Source: an uncultured Nitrososphaerota archaeon (GTDB lineage: Archaea; Thermoproteota; EX4484-205; JAAOZP01). Taken from it: 13,115 nt of DNA. The translations under genes and the position numbers were made by a program. The stretch lies in assembly GCA_964416155.1 (NCBI GenBank), contig CAYQCW010000019.1, forward strand, positions 1 to 13,115, given 5' to 3'. Under the pieces are notes generated by a model. It had not been told where the DNA came from and made no database searches. It worked only from the letters and a program-made list of their open reading frames with translations. This document shows positions 7,321 to 13,115 of the stretch, one piece after another; the stretch's first letter is position 1; each line of letters begins with the position of its first letter.

Positions 7321-7385
7321 CCTAGGTTTAGGGTCGCATGTTAAAGTTTTTTTAAAAAGGAGGATGAGCGATTGTGGTAATGCTG

Positions 7386-9512
7386 CTAGTTTCCAACCCT
7401 ATACTTTTCAGGGTTTCTTCTGAATTCCTCCTCGCAGTGCCTGGAGCAGAAGTATACGGTTTGTCCACCGTACTCCAGCCTGCTGTAAGCTGTTTCCGGC
7501 TCTATTCTCATCCTGCAAACCGGGTCGGTAACCATTCTCCTCTTCTCCATCTGCATTCCCTCCGGCTCATGTTTCCTAAGCGTCTGAGTATTTAAAGCAA
7601 CTATGACTGTGCTCAGCGACATGACTAGCGCGCCCAGCCAGGGTGGCATTACTAGGCCGAGACCGTGGAGGACGCCTGCCGCCAGGGGTATGGTGACGAT
7701 GTTGTAGCCCGCTGCCCACCAAAGGTTTTGAACCATCTTCAAATACGTTTTTCGCGAAAGCTTAATCATCTTTGGAACATCCCTAGGGTCGTTTCTAACC
7801 AGGATTATGTCTGCGCTCTCTATCGCTACATCCGTGCCCGCGCCTATCGCTATGCCGACGTCCGCCGTGGCGAGGGCGGGCGCGTCGTTCACACCGTCAC
7901 CAACCATCGCAACCCTGAGGCCCCTGTCCTTCAGAAGCCTGATTTTCTCCGCTTTCTCATCAGGCAGGACTTGGGCGAAATACTCGTCTACGCCCAGTTC
8001 CTCCGCAACCCATTTCGCGACTTCCATCGAATCCCCGGTAAGCATGTAAACCCTTATCCTCATTTCTCTAAGCTTCTCAACTGCCTCATACGATTCTTTT
8101 CTCACAGAGTCCGAGAGGGCGAACGCGCCTGCAACCCTGCCGTCGACCAGTGTGAAAACCACGGTTTTACCCTGCTTCGTCAACTCGCCTATCTCCAGGT
8201 TTTCCAAAACCGTCTCAGCATTGTTTAGAAGGCTTAGGCCTCCGACGTAAACCTCTTTCCCGTCGACTCTGCCGTAAACGCCTTTTCCAGGGATTGCTCT
8301 GAATTCTCCTGCTTCAACTAGTTCAACGCCCCTCTGCTTCGCATACTCCACTATGGCTCTCGCAACCACGTGCTCAGAGTTCAGCTCGACGCTTGCAGCC
8401 AGTTTCAGAAGCTCCTCCTCCGGGACGAGGGACACGGTGTTGCTGACGCCGAAGCTGCCCAGGGTTAACGTTCCAGTCTTGTCGAAAACAACAGCGTCAA
8501 CACTCCTAGCTGTTTCAAACGCTCTCCTATCTCTTACGAGTATTCCGTTTCTCGCTGTGATCGAGGTTGATAGGGCGACGACCAGCGGTATGGCTAAGCC
8601 GAGAGCATGCGGGCAGGCGACGACTAGTACTGTAACCATGCTTTCAAGAGCCCGATCCGGGTTTCCTGAGGCAAACCATGCTGCGTAAGCAGTCAGGGAA
8701 ACTGTTAGCGCGACGTAGAAAAGCAGGGCTGCAGCCCTGTTCGCCAAGTCTTGGGTCCTGGACCTGGTTTCCTGAGCCTGCCTAACCAGCTTTATGACTT
8801 GAGCCAGATAGGTGTCTCCGCCGGTCTTCTCGACAAGAATCTTCAGGACACCCTCGCCGTTTATCGAGCCCCCTATGACTCTCGACCCAGCTTTTTTCCC
8901 AACCGGTTTAGACTCGCCTGTTAGAAAAGCCTCGTTGACGAAGGATTCTCCTTCTAAAACAGTGCCGTCAGACGGGATTTTCTCGCCGGGTCGGACGAGG
9001 ACGATGTCACCGGGCTTAAGCTCTGAGACTGGAGCGTCAACTATTTCACTGTTCTTTAAAAGGTGGGCTGTCGTCGGCATTATTCTTACAAGCTCCTCGA
9101 GGGCGGTTGAGGCTCCGAGAACGCTTTTCGCCTCAATCCAGTGTCCGAGAAGCATTACGTCTATCAGGGTGGCGAGCTCCCAGAAGAACTCCATGCCGGG
9201 CTGAATGAAAACTGTTGCAGCAGAATAGGTGAACGCCACCGTTACGGCTGTGCCGATGAGCGTCATCATGCCTGGGAGCCTGGCTTTCAACTCGTCTACC
9301 AATCCTTTTAGGAAGGGCCACCCGCCGTAAACGTAGACGGACGCGGATAGGATTAGCAACACGTGTTTCTGCATCGGGAAAACTATTGCTTTACTCCCGA
9401 GGATCATTGTTTGAAACGTTTCTGAGAAAAGCAGGATCGGGACTGTAAGAATTAGGCTGGCAATAAGCCTGTTTTTAAACTCGGCGACGTGGTGTGCATG
9501 ATGCTCGTGCAA
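7386..9512 (-). CDS. copB: CopB-type (P1B-3) copper-exporting P-type ATPase with C-terminal YHS/TRASH domain
   Basis: TGES, CPHALGLAIP, DKTGTLT, SEH, GDGVNDAPAL, GYN and MSLST motifs. Short His-rich N-terminus HEHHAHH. C-terminal DPVCRM...YFCSRHCEEEFRRNPEKY. The likely start is TTG 9512 after GAAGAGGGT (alternative ATG 9548), not 9701. Confidence 0.92.
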   Translation of the reverse strand: MHEHHAHHVAEFKNRLIASLILTVPILLFSETFQTMILGSKAIVFPMQKHVLLILSASVYVYGGWPFLKGLVDELKARLPGMMTLIGTAVTVAFTYSAATVFIQPGMEFFWELATLIDVMLLGHWIEAKSVLGASTALEELVRIMPTTAHLLKNSEIVDAPVSELKPGDIVLVRPGEKIPSDGTVLEGESFVNEAFLTGESKPVGKKAGSRVIGGSINGEGVLKILVEKTGGDTYLAQVIKLVRQAQETRSRTQDLANRAAALLFYVALTVSLTAYAAWFASGNPDRALESMVTVLVVACPHALGLAIPLVVALSTSITARNGILVRDRRAFETARSVDAVVFDKTGTLTLGSFGVSNTVSLVPEEELLKLAASVELNSEHVVARAIVEYAKQRGVELVEAGEFRAIPGKGVYGRVDGKEVYVGGLSLLNNAETVLENLEIGELTKQGKTVVFTLVDGRVAGAFALSDSVRKESYEAVEKLREMRIRVYMLTGDSMEVAKWVAEELGVDEYFAQVLPDEKAEKIRLLKDRGLRVAMVGDGVNDAPALATADVGIAIGAGTDVAIESADIILVRNDPRDVPKMIKLSRKTYLKMVQNLWWAAGYNIVTIPLAAGVLHGLGLVMPPWLGALVMSLSTVIVALNTQTLRKHEPEGMQMEKRRMVTDPVCRMRIEPETAYSRLEYGGQTVYFCSRHCEEEFRRNPEKYRVGN

Positions 9513-9590
9513 ACCCTCTTCCCTTCTCGAGGAGCCGTTTGAAACCATACATAAGGCTTTAACGAAAACTTTCTCTAAGCGCGCTACATT

Positions 9591-9988
9591 GAGGGCAGGG
9601 TCCTGGAGGACGGTAGGGTTCCTAGGCTCGAGTCTGTTCTCAGGTTCCAAGAGGCGATTGGGCGCCTGAAGCTGGGTGACGCTGGGGTAAGCCAGTTTCA
9701 AGTCTACTTTCTACCGGCTCACAGGAGGAGGTAAGGGTGGAACCCGCCAGCACCCGGCACGTTTAGGGTTCTGTATGGTTGCCCCGTGCCGGCGATGGAA
9801 ACGCCTTCTTTAAACGAATACTTGGAGGTTGAGTGGGAGTATCTGGCGGAGGCGAGGCGGTATAGGCTGGACATTCTTGGAAGGTTCGTCGACAAGCCGG
9901 GTTCCTCAATCCCGGGTATGGCGAGGCTTACTGGAACCTGTCTCAAGAGTCTTTACGTGCTCTACGCAGTATTGTCGAAGAATCCTGA
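9591..9988 (+). pseudogene. Degraded 3' part of an unidentified protein gene
   Basis: Continuous coding-like frame EGRVLEDGRVPRLESVLRFQEAIGRL...HRRR*GWNPPAPGTF...GRFVDKPG with an internal TAA (9732-9734). A -1 shift near 9900 then gives FLNPGYGEAYWNLSQESLRALRSIVEES*. Confidence 0.45.
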
Positions 9989-10174
9989 AAGAGTTTTATC
10001 CTCCCCCTTGGGTCAGCTTCCCAGCGATGTTTGCGATCGGGGAAAACCTGTTGTGCAAGCTTGAGTCAAACCGGGGTTCTAAACCTTGCAACGTAGCGTC
10101 ACGTCAAAGAATGGAAACCTAAATATAAGGCTGGGTCGCGCGTTAATGCATGGTGAAGACAGGGAGGGGTGGAA

Positions 10175-12136
10175 ATGGCTTCTAGAAGTCAAGCCCCTCT
10201 TATTCCGAGAAAGGTTCTATTCGGCAACCCGGATAGGGTTCAAGCCAGGGTCAGCCCTGATGGAACCAGGGTGAGCTACCTAGCTCCGTTGAACGGGGTC
10301 CTGAATGTTTGGGTTGCTCCGGTTGATGAACCGGACAACGCGGAACCCGTCACAAACGACACCTATAGGGGGATTCGCTTCCACATCTGGGCCTACACTA
10401 ATGAACACATGCTGTATATTCAAGATAAGGCGGGTGATGAGAACTGGAGGATTTACTCGGTTAATCTCGAGAGCGGCGAATCCAAGGATCTAACGCCGTT
10501 CGAGGGGGTTCAGGCGCGCATAGAGAACGTCAGCCACAAGACCCCAGGCGAGATCCTTGTCGCGCTGAACGACCGTGTGCCTGAATACCATGATCTTTAC
10601 GTTCTCAACATTATGAATGGTGAAAAGCGTCTGGTTAAGCGGAACGATAGGTTCATGGGGTTCATCACTGACGATGACTACAGGGTGCACTTCGCGAGTT
10701 TAATGACTCCTGATGGGGGAACCGAGCTGCTGAAGCCGACTGAAGAAGGCAGGTGGGAGCCTTTTATCAGGATCAGCATGGAGGACTCTTTGACAACCGG
10801 GCCCATCGGTGTCGACAAGACGGGGAAGATCCTATACATGACTGACAGCCGCGGCCGGGATACTTCCGCACTCGTGGCGCTGAATGTTGAGACGGGTGAG
10901 AAAACTATTCTAGCTTTCGACGAAAAATCGGATGTTGATGGGGTGGTTGTTCACCCGGTTGAGAAGCGTGTTCAAGCCGTAGCGTTCAACTATGAGCGGA
11001 GGAGGTGGGATGTTGTTGACGGCTCGATTAAAAGTGATTTCTCGTATCTTGAAAAGGTTTCTGAAGGAGACTTCGATTTGACCAGTAGAACATTGCGTGA
11101 CGATAAATGGATGGTTTCCTTCATGGTGGACGATGGGCCTGCTCGCTACTATCTCTATGATCGTGACGCGGGAGAGGCTAGATTCCTGTTTACTGACCGG
11201 AAAGCCTTGGAGCAATTCACCCTAGCGAAAATGCATTCAGCCTCTGTTAAATCGCGAGACGGCTTAAACCTAGTCTGCTATTACACGCTTCCACTAGGCA
11301 GTGACCAGGATGGTGACGGCCGTCCAGACGCTCCTCTACCGGCTGTGCTAATGGTTCACGGCGGTCCCTGGGCTCGCGACAGATGGGGCTTCAACCCGTA
11401 CCATCAATGGCTGGCTAACCGCGGGTATGCTGTGCTCAGCGTGAACTTCCGCGGCTCAACCGGCTTCGGGAAGCAGTTTGTCAACGCTGGGAACATGGAG
11501 TGGGGGCGCAGGATGCATGATGACCTGATCGACGCAGTCGACTGGGCTATTAGGGAGGGGATAGCGGACCCGTTGAAGATCGCGATTTTCGGGGGAAGCT
11601 ACGGAGGTTATGCGACGCTAGTCGGGTTGACTTTTACCCCGGATAGGTTTGCCTGCGGAGTGGACATAGTCGGGCCGTCGAACCTTGTAACACTGTTGGA
11701 ATCCATTCCACCATACTGGAAGCCTATGGTTGAGCTTTTCACCACGCGTGTTGGAGACCATAGGACGGAGGAGGGAAGAGCCCTATTGCTGGAGAGGTCC
11801 CCGTTAACATACGTGGACCGGATAAGGAGACCGCTGCTCATAGGTCAGGGTGCTAACGATCCGCGGGTGAAAAGAGCGGAGTCAGACCAGATTGTTAAGG
11901 CGATGCGGGAAAAGGGAATATCGGTCACCTACGTGGTCTTCCCTGATGAGGGTCATGGCTTCGCAAGGCCGGAGAACAGGCTTTCATTCAACGCTGTTGC
12001 GGAGGCTTTCCTCTCGAGGTTTCTAGGAGGATTATTCGAGCCGATTGGCGGCGACTTCGAAGGCTCAACCATAACCGTTGAAACAGGTGCGGGTGGAGTA
12101 CCCGGGCTGGAGCAGGCCTTAATGAAGAGGAAATAA
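10175..12136 (+). CDS. S9 family (prolyl oligopeptidase clan) dipeptidyl aminopeptidase / acylaminoacyl peptidase
   Basis: N-terminal propeller region, VHGGPW, nucleophile GGSYGG, GANDPRV (Asp) and DEGHGF (His). ATG 10175 follows GGAGGGGTGG (GTG 10169 is an alternative). No signal peptide is evident. Confidence 0.95.
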   Translation: MASRSQAPLIPRKVLFGNPDRVQARVSPDGTRVSYLAPLNGVLNVWVAPVDEPDNAEPVTNDTYRGIRFHIWAYTNEHMLYIQDKAGDENWRIYSVNLESGESKDLTPFEGVQARIENVSHKTPGEILVALNDRVPEYHDLYVLNIMNGEKRLVKRNDRFMGFITDDDYRVHFASLMTPDGGTELLKPTEEGRWEPFIRISMEDSLTTGPIGVDKTGKILYMTDSRGRDTSALVALNVETGEKTILAFDEKSDVDGVVVHPVEKRVQAVAFNYERRRWDVVDGSIKSDFSYLEKVSEGDFDLTSRTLRDDKWMVSFMVDDGPARYYLYDRDAGEARFLFTDRKALEQFTLAKMHSASVKSRDGLNLVCYYTLPLGSDQDGDGRPDAPLPAVLMVHGGPWARDRWGFNPYHQWLANRGYAVLSVNFRGSTGFGKQFVNAGNMEWGRRMHDDLIDAVDWAIREGIADPLKIAIFGGSYGGYATLVGLTFTPDRFACGVDIVGPSNLVTLLESIPPYWKPMVELFTTRVGDHRTEEGRALLLERSPLTYVDRIRRPLLIGQGANDPRVKRAESDQIVKAMREKGISVTYVVFPDEGHGFARPENRLSFNAVAEAFLSRFLGGLFEPIGGDFEGSTITVETGAGGVPGLEQALMKRK

Positions 12137-12604
12137 TAGCGCGCGCTCAAACAGTTGCTTTTCTCTCCGCCTGATGTTTTTCATAGTTAGGAAAGCCAAG
12201 ATGATTGTTGAAAACACAAGGATCGTCCAGCCTATTGGCACGTATTCCTTTACGGCGGTTGGCATGTTTAGGGCGTTATTCACGATTTGTACAACGCTTA
12301 CGGTCGGGATGAGTAGTGCTGTGCTTCTCAGTGGTTCTGGAAGGGAGGTGATGGGATAGTAGACAGGGGAAGATAAACCATTACTAATAGCAGGATGTTG
12401 CCCAGAGTTGCCGGTTTTCACGTCGTTCATAACTGTTCCTAGGAAGAAGCGAAGCATAAGGTTGACAGGTGACAAATCATGATGGGGATTAGAACCGAGG
12501 CTGCGTTAGCCGGGTTCAGCTTGAAGGACGAGTAGGGCTGAGTATGGGATTATTGCGAAACCTATGGAGACAAGGTTTGAGAAAGCCAGTCCGAGAAGGT
12601 ACGC
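12119..12604 (-). pseudogene. ABC-2 type permease, 3' part with several frameshifts
   Basis: Pieces in alternating frames: AYLLGLAFSNLVSIGFAIIPYSALLVL / KLNPANAASVLIPIMICHLSTLCF / FFLGTVMNDVKTG / TLGNILLLVMVYLP / PVYYPITSLPEPLRSTALLIPT. PVYYP..LP is an ABC-2 permease motif. Confidence 0.75.
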
Positions 12605-12789
12605 TAGTGGCCTGACGTAGGCTCAAGCTGGGTTCCAACGATTCTGAGGAACATGGTTTTCCCAGCTCCGTTTCTCCCCATTAGGCAGAAAATCCTGTCC
12701 TTGGGTACTTTGAGGCTGACTTCGTTTAAAGCCTTCTTCCAATTGGAATATGTCTTTGTCAGGCTCTCCGCGTCTATGACGTAATCCAT
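12604..12789 (-). pseudogene. 5' fragment of an ABC transporter ATP-binding protein
   Basis: MDYVIDAESLTKTY...GRNGAGKT (Walker A)...PTSGH* stops after about 61 codons, with no signature motif or Walker B. TTATAAAA at 12815-12808 lies upstream of ATG 12789. Confidence 0.8.
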
Positions 12790-13115
12790 CAAATACGCTG
12801 ACGGGACTTTTATAACGTTTTTGCGAATTTTTACCCATGATTTTATCCAACTCTTTTTCAAGATTACCGGGGATAAGGTTGCAGCAGGGAGCGGAGGAGG
12901 AAAGGTTAATCTTAGGCTATTTAAGTGGATGCTTGCCTCAATCATCTGAGGGACTGCTGCTTGATGAAACATTATTACTCGGCTTCCTAAAAGCACGGGT
13001 CCGGCTCAGGAAGGGAAAACGGTTTACTTGATAGTGTAAGAGTTCCCAGCCTCCGCCTGCTCCGAGGGATGTATTACTGTATGAAGGCAGGGTTTTGAAA
13101 CTTTGCTGCAGCCCG

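Noticed and set aside
7665-9321. Several ORFs overlapping copB (7665-8228, 7807-8049, 8353-8688, 8812-9204, 9133-9321)
   Set aside because: Antisense or off-frame shadows of a well-supported gene, with no recognisable motifs.
9513-9701. 63-aa N-terminal extension of the P-type ATPase in the ORF track
   Set aside because: It has no P1B features and overlaps a better coding frame on the opposite strand. An SD-like sequence precedes TTG 9512.
12790-13115. N-terminal extension of ORF 12604-12996 and ORF 12837-13031
   Set aside because: ABC similarity starts at ATG 12789. I could not recognise anything in any frame of the rest.
1-13115. CRISPR array, tRNA/rRNA, IS element or integrase
   Set aside because: No regularly spaced repeats, RNA gene signatures, or transposase or recombinase motifs were found by eye.

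Overview
Archaeal chromosomal window, probably TACK/Bathyarchaeia-like (inferred from an archaeal TBP, TATA-type promoters and a pilin-type remnant). The left half (about 1-6750) is an AT-richer, defence-type accessory region built around an intact tbp gene. It contains a convergent pair made of a DUF1156-type amino-methyltransferase and a TdeIII/MjaII-like restriction endonuclease, and both genes carry one small indel near the 5' end. It also holds an intact AbiE type IV toxin-antitoxin pair in reversed (toxin-first) order, followed by two related 16-bp palindromes. The right half is GC-richer and holds an intact CopB-type (CPH) P1B-ATPase with a C-terminal YHS/TRASH domain and an intact S9 peptidase. 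Most remaining spacers contain gene debris the ORF track misses or misreads: a rad50-like 3' end, a pilin 3' end, a frameshifted PH-like gene, a membrane-protein 3' end, ABC remnants and an unidentified pseudogene. No tRNA, rRNA, CRISPR array or transposase was seen. All family calls come from motif recognition, not database searches.
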